From Acidimicrobiales bacterium (lineage in GTDB: Bacteria > Actinomycetota > Acidimicrobiia > Acidimicrobiales > RAAP-2): DNA of 34,918 nucleotides. A program made the translations under genes and the position numbers. The stretch lies in NCBI GenBank assembly GCA_036272355.1, contig DATAYX010000344.1, positions 1-34,918 of the forward strand, written 5' to 3'. Positions 24,113 to 34,918 of the stretch are shown one piece after another (the first letter of the stretch is position 1; every line of letters starts with the position of its first letter). Under the pieces are notes generated by a model. The model was not told where the DNA came from and searched no databases. It worked only from the letters and a program-made list of their open reading frames with translations.

Positions 24113-26572
24113 TCACGCGGCGGCCCGGAGCACCGCAACCGGGAGCACTTCAAGTGCATCGGACAAGAAGATCCCACCGGCTCTCGGCTCGATCAGTCGA
24201 TCCGTGAGGAGCTCGCGGTATCGACTCGGACCTTCCACAGGAAGGTTCAGGACGTGATCTTTCCAACGCTGCCTTCCCGTCGGAAGCGTGCCGGGACCCG
24301 CGAGGTGATAGGTAAGCCGTGGAACAACGCAGATGAGAGCGCCGTCTCCTTCGACATCCCGGCGGAAGGCAACCACGTGGCGTGTCGTTGTGGGGAGTGG
24401 TTCGTAGCTTCCTCGGGCGTAGAGGGGAGCGAAACGCCCGCGGTCGTGCAGGAGGGTACGCATGACGTATATCTTGAGATGGCCATCGGTCCAGTGGGAA
24501 AGCAGGTCGTGTGCTGCACTGATTGATGGATCAGGCAGGGTCGCGAGCACCTGCGCCCGAGCAGCAAAGTCGACGGGACGGCGGTTGTCCGGATCGGTCA
24601 GGGTCGGCTCCACCAGTTCCGTTCCTTGATAAAAGTCCGGAGTGCCGGGCGCACACACCTTCAGTACGAGACTGGCAAGTGAATTCACGAATGCAGCTGG
24701 TCCAATGGTGCGGCTGAATTCCGTCATCTCGCTCCGGAACGCTGTGTCTTGGTGGAGACCGCGGATGAAGCGTGCGATCCCATCTTCGTAGCGTTCGTCG
24801 GGGTCGGACCACGACGTACGCAACCCCGACTCGCGTGCGGCTTTGGTGGCCTGCTGGACGATCCGAGCGAGCGTCACCTCGTCGAGCTCGTCCCCTGCGG
24901 CTGGCCACAGACTCAGCAGCGACTGGAAGATGGCGATCACTTCGGTCGGATGCGGAGCGACGTCATTTGGGGGGCAGAACGCACTCCATCGATGGACCAA
25001 GGTCATCCACTCGGAGTCCGCTTCGGACAGGACGGCGAGGCGGCACCGTGCGTCTTCGTTTCGCTTCGAGTCATGAGTGGACGTGGCATTGAGCCCCCCG
25101 ACCCGTTGGGTGGCGAAGGCGTGGAAACGATCCACTCCGTCATCGCCGGCATCGGGATCGCCGCCTACTTCGGCCCTCGCCAAGAGCCCCGGATAGCGGT
25201 AGGTCGCAGTGTCCTCGCATCCCTTGGCCATCGCGGCACCGCTGAGCTGTTGCCATCGCTGCGCGATGACGAGCCATGGGCTGCCTGCACGGGCATCCTC
25301 GCGCAGGGCGCGCAGCACGGTCTCGGCGGCCCGACGCACCTCGGGGTGATCGGGCGGCATGGCAGATACCGCATCGATGAGGGACACGTCCGCATCGGAG
25401 GTGCCGCGGTCGTCGATGTAGGTCCGATACACGGGGAGAGCGACAGTGACCTCGGTCCACGCTCGCCGGAGGTCGTGCTCGGAAAGGTCGTGCCCGGGTG
25501 ACTCGGCGTCGAGCGCCTCGATACTCAACCGTGTCAGATAGTCGAGCTCGGCGCAGAAGGATTGTTCGAGTGCCTCTCGTTTGCCGCGCCTGGACAGAGT
25601 GGCGAACGAAGAGTCATCCATGCCGCACAACGCCTCGCCGGCAGCGCGCAGGCGCGCCGCTCCCGCGGGATCGACGAACAATGCCATCACGCGGTCAGCG
25701 AACTCGTACCCCGAGGTGCCGTCCACGGGCCACCTGGCGACGACCGATTCGGCCTGGCCAAGGATCTTCTCGATCACGATCGTCTTGTTGTCTCGAAGGA
25801 GATCCCTTAGACGATCCAGGTACTGCGCCGGGTCCATGAGCCCGTCGACGTGGTCGACGCGTACTCCGGCAACGGCCGCTCGACTGCACAGCTGTGCAAT
25901 GAGCGCATGCGTGGCGCCGAACACGTCTGGATCCTCCACTCGCACCCCGACGAGGGAATTGATATCGAAGAACCGGCGATAGTTGCCCAGTGTGGCGCTC
26001 GTCCGCCAATAGGCGGGGCGGTAGTGCTGGTATCGAAGCACGTCTGCGTCATCGCCGTCGGGCGGGCTGGCTCCGAGCGGAAATCGTATGCCGTCCACCG
26101 TGATCTCCCCGTTTGTCTGGTCGACCTCAAGCGCACCCGCCCGAAGCACATCGGCCAGAGGGCGCGTGAGGACGGGGACCAGCACGCGCCCTTGGTGTTC
26201 CGACCAGTGGATGTCGAAGGTCGGCGCGTGGAGCGAGTCCTCTCCAAGGCGCAACACATCCCACCACCAACCGTTCTCAGGTACGGCCGCCATGTGGTTG
26301 GGGACGATGTCCAGTAGGGCGCGCATGCCGCGTGCCTCGAGTTCGTCGAACAGGTCGTCGAGCTCCTCCTCCGTGCCCAGATCGGGGTCGAGACGGCCCG
26401 GATCGATGACGTCGTAGCCGTGGCTGCTGCCTGGTGCTGCTGCGAAAACAGGAGCCAGATACAGAGTTTGGATGCCCAGCGTCGCCAGGTACGGAACGAG
26501 GCGTCTGGTCTGGTCGAATCCGAGGGCCTGGACCTGAATGCGGTAGGTCGAGCCGAGGTCGGGATGATTCAC
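24113..26572 (-). CDS. treY: malto-oligosyltrehalose synthase
   Basis: STYRIQVQALGFDQTRRLVPYLATLGIQTLYLAPVFAAAPGSSHGYDVIDPGRLDP and LLDIVPNHMAA. GTG 26572 overlaps the glgX TGA (GTGA at 26569..26572). The track start 26656 would overlap glgX by 88 nt. Confidence 0.9.
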   Translation of the reverse strand: MNHPDLGSTYRIQVQALGFDQTRRLVPYLATLGIQTLYLAPVFAAAPGSSHGYDVIDPGRLDPDLGTEEELDDLFDELEARGMRALLDIVPNHMAAVPENGWWWDVLRLGEDSLHAPTFDIHWSEHQGRVLVPVLTRPLADVLRAGALEVDQTNGEITVDGIRFPLGASPPDGDDADVLRYQHYRPAYWRTSATLGNYRRFFDINSLVGVRVEDPDVFGATHALIAQLCSRAAVAGVRVDHVDGLMDPAQYLDRLRDLLRDNKTIVIEKILGQAESVVARWPVDGTSGYEFADRVMALFVDPAGAARLRAAGEALCGMDDSSFATLSRRGKREALEQSFCAELDYLTRLSIEALDAESPGHDLSEHDLRRAWTEVTVALPVYRTYIDDRGTSDADVSLIDAVSAMPPDHPEVRRAAETVLRALREDARAGSPWLVIAQRWQQLSGAAMAKGCEDTATYRYPGLLARAEVGGDPDAGDDGVDRFHAFATQRVGGLNATSTHDSKRNEDARCRLAVLSEADSEWMTLVHRWSAFCPPNDVAPHPTEVIAIFQSLLSLWPAAGDELDEVTLARIVQQATKAARESGLRTSWSDPDERYEDGIARFIRGLHQDTAFRSEMTEFSRTIGPAAFVNSLASLVLKVCAPGTPDFYQGTELVEPTLTDPDNRRPVDFAARAQVLATLPDPSISAAHDLLSHWTDGHLKIYVMRTLLHDRGRFAPLYARGSYEPLPTTTRHVVAFRRDVEGDGALICVVPRLTYHLAGPGTLPTGRQRWKDHVLNLPVEGPSRYRELLTDRLIEPRAGGIFLSDALEVLPVAVLRAAA

Positions 26573-28689
26573 GTCTGGTGGCGTTCGCTGTGACGCAAGA
26601 GCACGGTCGAGTGCGCGTTCAGGGAGACAGCATCGTTTTTGACGATCCGGCCCCATGGCCCGGGATGGATGGTGTTCAAGACCTCGACCCAGTGTCCGGC
26701 CAACTCCATGCGCGGCAGGGTGTAGACGAGCGAACGGGTCCCTGCATTGAGGAGCACCAGAAGGGAGTCGCCGACGTAGGAACGGCCTCGGATGTCGACC
26801 TCATCGGTGGCGGAACCGAAGAGCAACATGCCGATGCTGTGGAGTCCTGGGTCGGTCCAGTCCTCTTCGGTCATTTCGCAACCGTCGCGTCGCAACCAGG
26901 TCACGTCTTTGGTCTGATGGCCGGGTGCCGGTTGCCCGGTGAAGAACGCCCGCCGTCGCAGAATCGGGTTTCGCTTCATCACGCCGATCACGTCTCGAAC
27001 GAAATTGCACAGGTCATAACCGGTCTCGCCGATGTCCCAGTCGAACCAGCTCGTCGGGTTGTCCTGGCAGTAGGCATTGTTATTGCCGTGTTGCGTTCGG
27101 CCGATCTCGTCGCCGCCGAGCAACATCGGGACACCCTGGGATAGGAAGAGGGTGGCGAGAAAATTTCGCTTCATTCGGTCGCGGCTGCGCTGGATGCGGA
27201 CCGAATCGGTTTCACCTTCGACACCCCAGTTCCGGCTGTAGTTGTCGTCGGTGCCGTCGCGGTTGTCCTCGCCGTTCCCCTCGTTTCTCTTTTTCTCATA
27301 CGTCACGAGGTCGGTCAGCGTGAATCCGTCATGGCAGGTGACGAAGTTGACGCTTGCATAGGTGCGGCGACCGCTGGGGGCGTAGATGTCGCTCGAGCCG
27401 GTCAGACGTGACGCCATCTCGGGGACGACGCCCGCGTCACCCCTCCAAAATCTACGGACGCAATCGCGGAACGCTCCGTTCCACTCCGACCAGCCCGGCG
27501 GGAACTGACCCAGTCTGTAGCCTTCCGCGCTCGCGTCCCACGGCTCGGCGATGAGCTTTATGGTCGACAGGACCGGGTCTTGTCGACAGATGTCGAAGAA
27601 AGCGCTGTCCTGACCGCCGTTCCCCCGGGCGAGGACGGGAGCCAGGTCGAACCGGAAGCCATCGACATGCATATCGGTCACCCAATACCGCAAACTGTCT
27701 GTCACCATGCCGATGGCGCGGGGGTGAAGGACGTTGAGCGTGTTGCCGGTCCCCGTGTAGTCCTCGTAGTAACGCCGGTTCTCCGGTGAGAGGCGGTAGT
27801 AGACCGCGTTGTCGATGCCTCGGAAGGAGAGAGTCGGTCCGAGGTGGTTCCCTTCGGCCGTGTGGTTATAGACGACGTCGAGGATGACCTCGATCCCAGC
27901 GCGATGCAGGGTCCGGACCATGGACTTGAACTCGCTGACCTGCTCCCCGAGCCCACTCGTGGCATATCCGACGTGTGGAGCGAAGAAGCCGATTGAGTTG
28001 TAGCCCCAATAATTCGTCAGACCGCGTTCAACAAGCTCACGATCGGCCACGAAGTGGTGCACGGGCATCAGCTCCACCGCAGTCACGCCGAGGCTGAGGA
28101 AATGGTCGATGATGGGGTCGGACGCCAGCCCGAGGTACGTGCCGCGGAGCTGCTGTGGCACGCCGGGATGCTGCATCGTCAGGCCACGCACGTGGGCCTC
28201 GTAGATGACCGTTCGGTTCCATGGTGTGCGGGGATGTCGGTCGTCTTGCCAGGTGAAAGACGGGTCGATGACAACCGACTTGGGAAGGGCGGCGGCTGAG
28301 TCGCGGCCGTCGCGGGATAGGTCTTCGTCTGGATCCCCCAGGGTGTATCCGAACAAATCGTCATTCCAGTCGATCGGTCCGCTCACTGCCTTGGCGTAGG
28401 GATCGATGAGCAGTTTTGACGAGTTGAAGCGGTGACCATTTTCGGGTTCGTACGGACCGTCCACCTTGTAGCCGTACAACGCGCCCGGTCGGACGTCGGG
28501 TAGATAGACGTGCCAGACCTGATCCGTTGTTTCGTTGAGGGTGATCACTGTCGAGGCGACCCCGGCGTGGGCGTCTTCGAACAGCAGGAGGCGCACGCTC
28601 GTTGCGTGTTCGGAGAAGATGGCGAAGTTCACACCCTCGCCATCCCATGTCGCGCCGAGCGGATAGGGGGATCCTGGCCAGATCCTCAC
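26569..28689 (-). CDS. glgX: glycogen debranching enzyme (GlgX/TreX, GH13)
   Basis: WPGSPYPLGATWDGEGVNFAIFSE, YEAHVRGLT, WGYNSIGFFAP, EVILDVVYNHTAEG, VDGFRFDLA, IAEPWD and VTCHDGFTL. GTG 28689 overlaps the treZ TGA (GTGA). ATG 28737 is an alternative start that would overlap treZ by 52 nt. Confidence 0.9.
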   Translation of the reverse strand: MRIWPGSPYPLGATWDGEGVNFAIFSEHATSVRLLLFEDAHAGVASTVITLNETTDQVWHVYLPDVRPGALYGYKVDGPYEPENGHRFNSSKLLIDPYAKAVSGPIDWNDDLFGYTLGDPDEDLSRDGRDSAAALPKSVVIDPSFTWQDDRHPRTPWNRTVIYEAHVRGLTMQHPGVPQQLRGTYLGLASDPIIDHFLSLGVTAVELMPVHHFVADRELVERGLTNYWGYNSIGFFAPHVGYATSGLGEQVSEFKSMVRTLHRAGIEVILDVVYNHTAEGNHLGPTLSFRGIDNAVYYRLSPENRRYYEDYTGTGNTLNVLHPRAIGMVTDSLRYWVTDMHVDGFRFDLAPVLARGNGGQDSAFFDICRQDPVLSTIKLIAEPWDASAEGYRLGQFPPGWSEWNGAFRDCVRRFWRGDAGVVPEMASRLTGSSDIYAPSGRRTYASVNFVTCHDGFTLTDLVTYEKKRNEGNGEDNRDGTDDNYSRNWGVEGETDSVRIQRSRDRMKRNFLATLFLSQGVPMLLGGDEIGRTQHGNNNAYCQDNPTSWFDWDIGETGYDLCNFVRDVIGVMKRNPILRRRAFFTGQPAPGHQTKDVTWLRRDGCEMTEEDWTDPGLHSIGMLLFGSATDEVDIRGRSYVGDSLLVLLNAGTRSLVYTLPRMELAGHWVEVLNTIHPGPWGRIVKNDAVSLNAHSTVLLRHSERHQT

Positions 28690-30479
28690 GGTGCGGCCAT
28701 GTGGGCAAGACGGGACCGAAACAGCCGGAACTGCCATGGAGACAGTCCGATCTCCCCCTGGATGGTGGAGGCACCTTCGGTCAGGAGCTCTTCCCAGTCA
28801 CCGGGTCCCGGGAGCGCAGCGCTCTCCAGCGATCCGGACAGATTGAAGAAGACCACAATCGTTGTCGTGGCATGAGTGCGGGTCAGGGTGACGACGGGCC
28901 CGCAGGCCTCGGCCATGGTTTGTTCGCGGGAGGAACACCTCAGTGCGGGTTCGGTCGCGCGCAGGGAAAGGAGCGAGCGGTAATGCTCCCAGAGGGCGCG
29001 ATGCGGCCCTTCAGTCCGCAAGGGATGGTGGAGTATTGCAGCTTCGAAGGTCGCGGGGTCGGCCGGATCCCGGACCGAACCGTCGTGCCCGTCATGTTCA
29101 TCGGCGCGCCCGCGGCGAACGGCGTCGAGCAGATCGGGATCACCGTGGTCGACGAAATAGGTGAAGGGAGCGGTCTCGCCATACTCCTCTCCCATGAAGA
29201 GGAGTGGGACGCCTGGAGCAAGCAGCAACAGGGCAGCGGTCAGCCGCAACCGATCGAGTGGGATGAGCATGCTCAGACGGGCTCCGTCGGCCCGATTGCC
29301 CACCTGGTCGTGGTTTTGGTCAAACACCACGAAGCGGCTTGGATCGATCGATGATGAGGGTCCCCCGTGACGGCGTCGGCGGTAAGGCGACGTCTGCCCT
29401 TGATACACGAAGCCTTGCGCCATGCAGCGCGCGACATCAGCCGTTCCCGTGTAGTCGGCGTAGTAGCCGAACCGTTCTGACGTCACCGCAACGTGCACAG
29501 AATGATGGAAGTCATCGTTCCACTGGGCGTCCATTCCGAGGCCGCCCGAATCGATCGGCGTGATCACCCGCGGATCGTTGCTCGCGCTCTCGGCGATGAG
29601 CCAGCAAGACCGACCTGATGTCCTCGAAGCGTCTGCGGCGGCCGTCGCAAGGTCGACCAGAAATGGCCGCGGACTCCGGTCCATAAATTCATGCACAGCG
29701 TCGAGCCTGAGGCCGTCGATGTGGAAATCAGAGAACCAGTGCAAGGCGTTGGCGACGAAATATCCGCGGACGGGATCAGAATCGGGGCCGTCAAAATTGA
29801 TGGCCTCTCCCCACGGTGTCCGATAGCGATCGGTCAGGTATGGACCGAAATTGGGCAGTACGTTTCCCTCCGGACCCAGGTGGTTGTACACGACGTCGAG
29901 CACGACTGCCAAGCCTCGCCGATGGCACTCGTTGACGAAGTTCTGTAGGCCGAGCGGGCCGCCGTACGACGCCTGCACTGCGAAGGGAAACACGCCGTCG
30001 TACCCCCAGTTCCTGGTCCCGGGGAACTGAGCGACGGGCATGATCTCGATCGCGGTGACCCCGAGGGTCACGAGAGCGTCCAGGTGTTCGATGGCCGAAG
30101 CGAAGGTGCCTCCCCGGCTGAACGTGCCGACGTGAAGTTCGTAGAGGATGTTGTCCCGGAGGGGGCGAGGCGCGAACTCACTGTCCGACCAGGAGAATTT
30201 GCCGAGATCCACAACCTGTGAAGGGCCGTGCACGCCTTCGGGCTGTGAGCGCGACGCCGGGTCCGGCGACTCCTTCGCACCGTCGAGAACCAACCAATAC
30301 GTCGAATCGGCTTCACAGTCGGCCTCGACGGTGAAGTAGCCCTCCGATGTGCGGTCCATGGCAACCAGCTCGCCGCGCTCCCGCAGACGTACGCCTACGG
30401 AGCGAGCGAACGGTGCCCAGACAGTGAAGGTCGTCGTACCGGAACCGGCCGGCAGGGCCCCGATCTCCTGGGTGGTCAC
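28686..30479 (-). CDS. treZ: malto-oligosyltrehalose trehalohydrolase
   Basis: [81 protein letters not shown] and [15 protein letters not shown] 30479 (VTTQEIG) overlaps the glgB TGA (GTGA at 30476..30479). Confidence 0.9.
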   Translation of the reverse strand: MTTQEIGALPAGSGTTTFTVWAPFARSVGVRLRERGELVAMDRTSEGYFTVEADCEADSTYWLVLDGAKESPDPASRSQPEGVHGPSQVVDLGKFSWSDSEFAPRPLRDNILYELHVGTFSRGGTFASAIEHLDALVTLGVTAIEIMPVAQFPGTRNWGYDGVFPFAVQASYGGPLGLQNFVNECHRRGLAVVLDVVYNHLGPEGNVLPNFGPYLTDRYRTPWGEAINFDGPDSDPVRGYFVANALHWFSDFHIDGLRLDAVHEFMDRSPRPFLVDLATAAADASRTSGRSCWLIAESASNDPRVITPIDSGGLGMDAQWNDDFHHSVHVAVTSERFGYYADYTGTADVARCMAQGFVYQGQTSPYRRRRHGGPSSSIDPSRFVVFDQNHDQVGNRADGARLSMLIPLDRLRLTAALLLLAPGVPLLFMGEEYGETAPFTYFVDHGDPDLLDAVRRGRADEHDGHDGSVRDPADPATFEAAILHHPLRTEGPHRALWEHYRSLLSLRATEPALRCSSREQTMAEACGPVVTLTRTHATTTIVVFFNLSGSLESAALPGPGDWEELLTEGASTIQGEIGLSPWQFRLFRSRLAHMAAP

Positions 30480-32374
30480 TGCGGCTGAAAGAGCAGACAG
30501 GCCAGTGGGGGGATGGTCAACGTGAGCGCGTGAGGCATTGCATGATTCGGCAGCGGACGTGCATCCACTCCCCCCAGGTTCCCCACCCCGGTCCCCCCGT
30601 ATTCGGAGGCATCGCTGTTGAACAGCTCGGCCCAAAAACCTCCTACTGGAACGCCCGCTGACACGCCATGGCGGACGACCGGCGTGAAATTGCATACCGC
30701 CAGCAATGGGGTTTCTTCAGACGAGAAGCGCAGGAAGCTCAGGAGGCTCGATTCGGCGTCGTTGGGCTGCGTCCACTCAAAACCGCGAGGGTCACAATCG
30801 AGCTCGTGCAGCGCAGGGACGGTGCGGTAGAGGCGATTGAGATCGCCGACCAAGTTCAGGACGCCAGCATGGCGTGGATCGTCCGCCAACTCCCAGGCGA
30901 CCTCCGCGTCGTGATCCCACTCCCGCCACTGCGCGATCTCGTCTCCCATGAAGAGAAGCTTTTTGCCGGGCAGCGCGAATTGGTACGAATAGAGCAGGCG
31001 AAGGTTGGCGAAGCGCTGCCAGTCGTCGCCTGGCATCTTGGACAGCAATGAGCGCTTCCCATGCACGACCTCGTCGTGCGAGAGCGGAAGAGTGAAGTTC
31101 TCACTGAAGGCATAGACACTGCGGAATGTCAGTTGGCCTTGGTGAAATCTCCGGTGCACCGGCTCCCGCGAGAGGTAGTCGAGCGTGTCGTGCATCCATC
31201 CCATGTCCCATTTCAGGCCGAAGCCGAGGCCACCGAATTCGACGGGCCTGGACACGCCCGGAAATGCCGTCGACTCTTCCGCGAAGACCTGGACGTCGGG
31301 ATGGTCGGCGTAGATCCCCGCATTGAGCTGTCGGAGGAACGAGATTGCCTCGAGGTTCTCGCGACCACCCTCCGCATTCGGCAACCATTCACCGGGTCGT
31401 CTCGAATAGTCGAGGTAGAGCATCGACGCCACGGCGTCTACGCGGAGGCCGTCGGCGTGGTAGGCGGCCAACCAGTGCTCAGCCGAGGAGTACAGGAAGC
31501 TCCGAATTTCGTGCCGCCCATAATTGAAGATGAGGGTGTTCCAATCGGGATGAAACCCAAGGCGCGGATCCGCATGTTCAAAGAGATTCGTTCCGTCGAA
31601 TTCCGCCAAGGCGAAGGCGTCCGAAGGGAAGTGCGAGGGGACCCAGTCGAGAATGACTCCGATGCCTGCATCATGCAGCCGATCGACCAGAGCCATGAAA
31701 TCCTGAGGATCGCCGAATCGACGGCTCGGTGCGAAATACCCGGTGGTCTGGTACCCCCAGGATCCAAAGAACGGGTGCTCCATCACTGGGAGGAATTCGA
31801 CGTGAGTGAACCCCGAGCGCTGTACGTGTTCGATCAGGGGCTCAACGAGTTCCGTGTAGCCGAGCGAATGGCCGTCCGTCGGTCGCCTTCTCCAGCTGCC
31901 GAGGTGCACCTCGTAAATCGAGATCGGTGCTTCGAGGCGTTGTCGTCTACCCCGGTCGGCCATCCACGACGCGTCGTTCCACTCGTAGCTGAGATCCCAG
32001 ACAACGGATCCGGTTCGAGGCGGCACCTCCGTGCAGTGGGCGAAGGGATCCGCCTTTTCCAAGACCCTTCCATCTCTTGTCCTTATCGCGAATTTGTAGA
32101 CGTCCCCGAGGGCGGCGGCGGGTACTGTGCCCTCCCAGATGCCCGAGACTCCCCGGGCGGTCAGGGGATCGGCACTTGCATCCCAAGAATTGAAATCCCC
32201 CACCACACTCGCGCCGACTGCGTTAGGCGCCCACACGGAAAACCGCGCTCCTCCACTCGGAAGAAGATGCGCGCCGAGCTTGCGGCCGAGTCCACGGTGG
32301 GTACCCTCGTTGAACCAGTACACGTCCTGATCCGTGAGTGCCTCGGACGTCGACATCTGGCGGAGCGTGGTCAA
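30476..32374 (-). CDS. glgB: 1,4-alpha-glucan branching enzyme (short form, GH13_9)
   Basis: [63 protein letters not shown] and [15 protein letters not shown] 32374 overlaps the malQ TGA (TTGA) and has GGAGGAAAG immediately upstream. ATG 32356 is an alternative start. Confidence 0.9.
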   Translation of the reverse strand: MTTLRQMSTSEALTDQDVYWFNEGTHRGLGRKLGAHLLPSGGARFSVWAPNAVGASVVGDFNSWDASADPLTARGVSGIWEGTVPAAALGDVYKFAIRTRDGRVLEKADPFAHCTEVPPRTGSVVWDLSYEWNDASWMADRGRRQRLEAPISIYEVHLGSWRRRPTDGHSLGYTELVEPLIEHVQRSGFTHVEFLPVMEHPFFGSWGYQTTGYFAPSRRFGDPQDFMALVDRLHDAGIGVILDWVPSHFPSDAFALAEFDGTNLFEHADPRLGFHPDWNTLIFNYGRHEIRSFLYSSAEHWLAAYHADGLRVDAVASMLYLDYSRRPGEWLPNAEGGRENLEAISFLRQLNAGIYADHPDVQVFAEESTAFPGVSRPVEFGGLGFGLKWDMGWMHDTLDYLSREPVHRRFHQGQLTFRSVYAFSENFTLPLSHDEVVHGKRSLLSKMPGDDWQRFANLRLLYSYQFALPGKKLLFMGDEIAQWREWDHDAEVAWELADDPRHAGVLNLVGDLNRLYRTVPALHELDCDPRGFEWTQPNDAESSLLSFLRFSSEETPLLAVCNFTPVVRHGVSAGVPVGGFWAELFNSDASEYGGTGVGNLGGVDARPLPNHAMPHALTLTIPPLACLLFQPQ

Positions 32375-34398
32375 ACTTTCCTCCCCATTGCCATTTCGTG
32401 GAGCAAGGTGTGCACGCCCTGGTCCGACTGGACCTCTTCAAGAGTGCGTGAGCTACGACGACGCCAATTCGTTCCGCCGGGACCCGAGCCTGGGACGTTC
32501 TCTTGTCCGCGCTCGTCCCAGAGATCCTGGACGTCGAGAAGAACGATCGCCGCGGCGCTGCGGGCGAGGTGGAGCAGACAACCTCCGAGCGCGGCCATTG
32601 TGACCCTTTCGGCGTCCGAATCCGCGTCGGACAGCCCGAGCGCATCAAGGAGACGTCGACGCCACTCCTCGCGCTCTCGCCGCTCAGCGGTTGCTTCAGC
32701 GGCCGACAGAGTCCCACCGTCCTCCCGCGCTGCGATGTCCTCACCCCAGAGGTAGGCGCCAAAACGTGGGAGATCGTGCGTTCCGATGGTGACGAGGCTC
32801 TGAGCAGGCGGTGCCGGCAGAGGTTGTTCCGCCGTCGACTCGAACTGGAAGACCCAGGTTCGGAGCATTCCGTCCTGCGCCATTCGAGGCCGAACCTCGT
32901 CGGGCACCGTGCCCAGGTCTTCGCCGACGACAACCGCTCCGACGCGGCTCGCCTCGAGCGCGACGAGCGCATGTAATTCGTCCGGTCGGTACGAGACGTA
33001 CGCGCCTTCACTACTGCCGTCGGGAATCATGAAAAGACGCTGGAGACCCATAACGTGATCGATGCGAAGGCAATCGGCATGCAAGAAGGCACGCCGCAGA
33101 GCTGAGGAGAGGAAGGCGTAGCCGTCCTCTCTGATGCGCTCCGGGTGAAGTGGGCGGAATCCCCAGTTCTGGCCGAGCGGAAAGAACCGATCCGGCGGCG
33201 CTCCGCCATGGATACCTATCAGGAAGGAGTCTGGATGCCACTCGGTGTCGAACCCATCCGGGTGTGACCCGATCGGGAAGTCGCCGTAGCGTCCCGTGTG
33301 ACGGCCGGCCGTTACGAGCTGCTCATAGGCGACCCATTGGCCATACCGGTGGTAGGCCAGGGCCGAACACCCCTTTCCTGCCTGGGCATCGAGTCGGGCA
33401 CGGAACTGGGCGTAGCCGTCGAGTTCGGGGCGCCGGTGGAAGAACTCTGTCATTTCATTCTGGCGCTGGGGCATTGTTCCCGATGCGACCACCTGTGCCA
33501 GCTGCTCGAGGACGGTGCGCTTCAGGCTTGCCACTTCCTCGTAGTCCACGAGTTCCGACGACCGGAGAGAGGACACTCGGGCACGGAACCGCCCCGACGA
33601 GCACATTTCGCGAACCTCGCGGGAGGCGGCGAACTCAGGGAGCACCACTGGATCGATGAAGACTTCGTTGTAGGCCAGCCGACTGACAGGCAGATACGGG
33701 CTGGGGTCTGCGGGAGGATCCAAGAAGGCGGGGTAGAGGGGGAGCGTCCCGACGAGGCCACAATCCTCAGACGCGGCCCAATGTGAGAGACGCTCCAGGT
33801 CCGAATAAGACCCGATGCCCCAGTCGGTCATCGTCCGCAAGGCGTGAAGGGGCATGAACACGCCTGTCTGCCGACGCGCCCCGGGGCAGTCGGGGGCGCA
33901 AAGGAGCAGAGCGCTATGAATCGATCCTGCTATTTCCAGAGTCATCTTGTGCCGCCCCGGCGGCAAGGGCTCGCCGTTCGGCGCGGCCAAGTCGAGACGG
34001 AGATGCTGATAGCGCGTGCCTTCTGCCTCAGACCCACCCGCGACGCTGGATGTGGCTTCCCGCAGTCGCATCGCCACCGTGTGCCCTTGCTCGAGATCAA
34101 TCGAGAGCCACGCCGCTTCGAGGTCGCATGTGTCTGGCACGATCGCCGCAACTGTGCTTGGTCGTCCAATGCGGTGCACAATCACGGGCTCGAGGCATCG
34201 CCGCAACGCCGCGGCGCGTCGAAGACTCAACAGCACGGCCGCCTCTGCGGGCTCCTCGAGTGGAACTCCCAGGGCTCGAAGGAGCGAGAGGACGACCTCG
34301 GGCGAGGCTCGTTGGACCTTCCCATCGGCATCGGTGTACGACGAGAGGATCCCGTTGTCTGCCGCGAGCTCCCAGAACGCAGAATCGGTCGAGATCAT
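32371..34398 (-). CDS. malQ: 4-alpha-glucanotransferase (amylomaltase, GH77) with actinobacterial-type N-terminal extension
   Basis: [61 protein letters not shown] and [19 protein letters not shown] 34398 ([18 protein letters not shown]) overlaps the TGA of the upstream gene (ATGA at 34395..34398). Confidence 0.85.
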   Translation of the reverse strand: MISTDSAFWELAADNGILSSYTDADGKVQRASPEVVLSLLRALGVPLEEPAEAAVLLSLRRAAALRRCLEPVIVHRIGRPSTVAAIVPDTCDLEAAWLSIDLEQGHTVAMRLREATSSVAGGSEAEGTRYQHLRLDLAAPNGEPLPPGRHKMTLEIAGSIHSALLLCAPDCPGARRQTGVFMPLHALRTMTDWGIGSYSDLERLSHWAASEDCGLVGTLPLYPAFLDPPADPSPYLPVSRLAYNEVFIDPVVLPEFAASREVREMCSSGRFRARVSSLRSSELVDYEEVASLKRTVLEQLAQVVASGTMPQRQNEMTEFFHRRPELDGYAQFRARLDAQAGKGCSALAYHRYGQWVAYEQLVTAGRHTGRYGDFPIGSHPDGFDTEWHPDSFLIGIHGGAPPDRFFPLGQNWGFRPLHPERIREDGYAFLSSALRRAFLHADCLRIDHVMGLQRLFMIPDGSSEGAYVSYRPDELHALVALEASRVGAVVVGEDLGTVPDEVRPRMAQDGMLRTWVFQFESTAEQPLPAPPAQSLVTIGTHDLPRFGAYLWGEDIAAREDGGTLSAAEATAERREREEWRRRLLDALGLSDADSDAERVTMAALGGCLLHLARSAAAIVLLDVQDLWDERGQENVPGSGPGGTNWRRRSSRTLEEVQSDQGVHTLLHEMAMGRKV

Positions 34399-34918
34399 GG
34401 TTCCGAGCTGAGGATGTCGAGAATGCCACTCGCAGGTATGTCGATCCACGCAGGTCGGCTGTTGACCTCGTAATTCAGCTCGTAGACGGCCTTCTCCAAT
34501 CGGAAGAAGTCGAGCAGGTCGATGACCTCGGACCTCGTCGAGGGTAAGTAGGGGTTCGTACCGGCGGTCTCGAGATAGGAATCGAGAAAGCGGCCCGCGA
34601 CCCAACGGTGCCAGAAGGCGAGCCAATCCTCGTAATTCCGCCGAAGTCCGGCCTCGATTGTCGCGCCATATTCGAGGTTGATCCGGAGAGCCGCAGCCTG
34701 ACCGGCGTAGTGAAGCGATCGAATCATCCCTGCGAGGTCGTATGCCGCGGGGCGCTTGAGACGGCGGAACCCGAGCGACCGGCTTGGCTCGCCTTCGAAG
34801 TCGATCACGAAAAAGTCCTTGCCCGTCCAGAGGACCTGCCCGAGATGGAGGTCGCCGTGACAGCGGATCCGAAATGCTTGAACCGGCGAAGCGCTGAAAC
34901 GGCGCAGGCGATCGATGA
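34395..34918 (-). CDS. mak: maltokinase (Mak/Pep2-like), C-terminal part; the 5' end is beyond the right window edge (it could be the kinase half of a TreS-Mak fusion)
   Basis: My reading frame runs to the window edge: ...IRCHGDLHLGQVLWTGKDFFVIDFEGEPSRSLGFRRLKRPAAYDLAGMIRSLHYA...LLDFFRLEKAVYELNYEVNSRPAWIDIP. HGDLHLGQVL and DFEGEP...R..P..D.AGM.RS are the aminoglycoside-phosphotransferase-like catalytic and Mg loops seen in maltokinases. Confidence 0.7.
   Translation of the reverse strand, partial: IDRLRRFSASPVQAFRIRCHGDLHLGQVLWTGKDFFVIDFEGEPSRSLGFRRLKRPAAYDLAGMIRSLHYAGQAAALRINLEYGATIEAGLRRNYEDWLAFWHRWVAGRFLDSYLETAGTNPYLPSTRSEVIDLLDFFRLEKAVYELNYEVNSRPAWIDIPASGILDILSSEP

Noticed and set aside
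28690-28737. Upstream ATG start for glgX (28737) and upstream starts for treY (26656), treZ (30695) and malQ (34626)
   Set aside because: Each would create long overlaps with the preceding gene and add non-conserved, Arg/Cys-rich leaders. The NTGA-overlapping starts give family-typical N-termini. The glgX case remains open, because some TreX homologs carry about 20 extra residues.
31061-32755. 564-aa plus-strand ORF spanning the glgB/malQ junction
   Set aside because: It is antisense to two well-supported GH13/GH77 genes, and its composition is that of a shadow ORF (Arg/Pro/Ser-rich tail, no motifs).
1-34918. Window-wide search for mobile elements, prophage genes, defence systems, toxin-antitoxin pairs, tRNA or rRNA genes
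   Set aside because: No transposase, integrase or recombinase-like translation appears in any frame. There are no terminal inverted repeats flanking a block, and no nuclease, ATPase or methyltransferase combination typical of defence islands. Apart from the ~40-nt AT-rich patch at 22895..22935, composition looks uniform by eye. I cannot compute GC skew or codon statistics here.

Overview
This is a G+C-rich, densely coding window that looks like an Actinomycetota chromosome (strong third-position GC bias, many GTG/TTG starts, 4-nt start/stop overlaps). By eye I found no rRNA, tRNA, CRISPR array, transposase, integrase or recognisable defence or toxin-antitoxin genes. All family calls rest on motif recognition by eye, without database searches. 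The window has three blocks. (1) Positions 1-20.4 kb hold an acyl-CoA/alicyclic-ketone-type catabolic island. It contains a partial sulfotransferase gene, a type I Baeyer-Villiger monooxygenase, two thiolase-superfamily/DUF35 modules, two PF04909-type amidohydrolases flanking a TetR regulator, an acyl-CoA dehydrogenase, two crotonases, a DECR-like SDR, an acyl-CoA ligase, a cupin and three family III CoA-transferase paralogs. (2) Positions 20.4-23.8 kb hold a short redox/signalling spacer with a glutaredoxin-like::thioredoxin-reductase fusion, a ketopantoate-reductase-family gene and a PilZ-domain protein with an unassigned N-terminal domain. (3) Positions 24.1-34.9 kb hold a minus-strand alpha-glucan/trehalose operon (mak-malQ-glgB-treZ-glgX-treY) whose five visible junctions can each be drawn as a 4-nt start/stop overlap. 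The most interesting observations are these. A condensing-enzyme-like domain without its Cys nucleophile is fused to a DUF35 domain without its zinc-ribbon Cys residues and is coupled to an intact thiolase. A second, Ltp2-like Cys-less thiolase is paired with an intact DUF35 protein. A 7-N9-7 inverted-repeat operator occurs in two near-identical copies around the TetR gene, with a third degenerate copy 15 kb away. The Grx::TrxR fusion has a degenerate NADPH motif. The PilZ protein sits directly downstream of the glgX/treY operon. I see no clear-cut new defence-type system; the candidates above are metabolic or regulatory.
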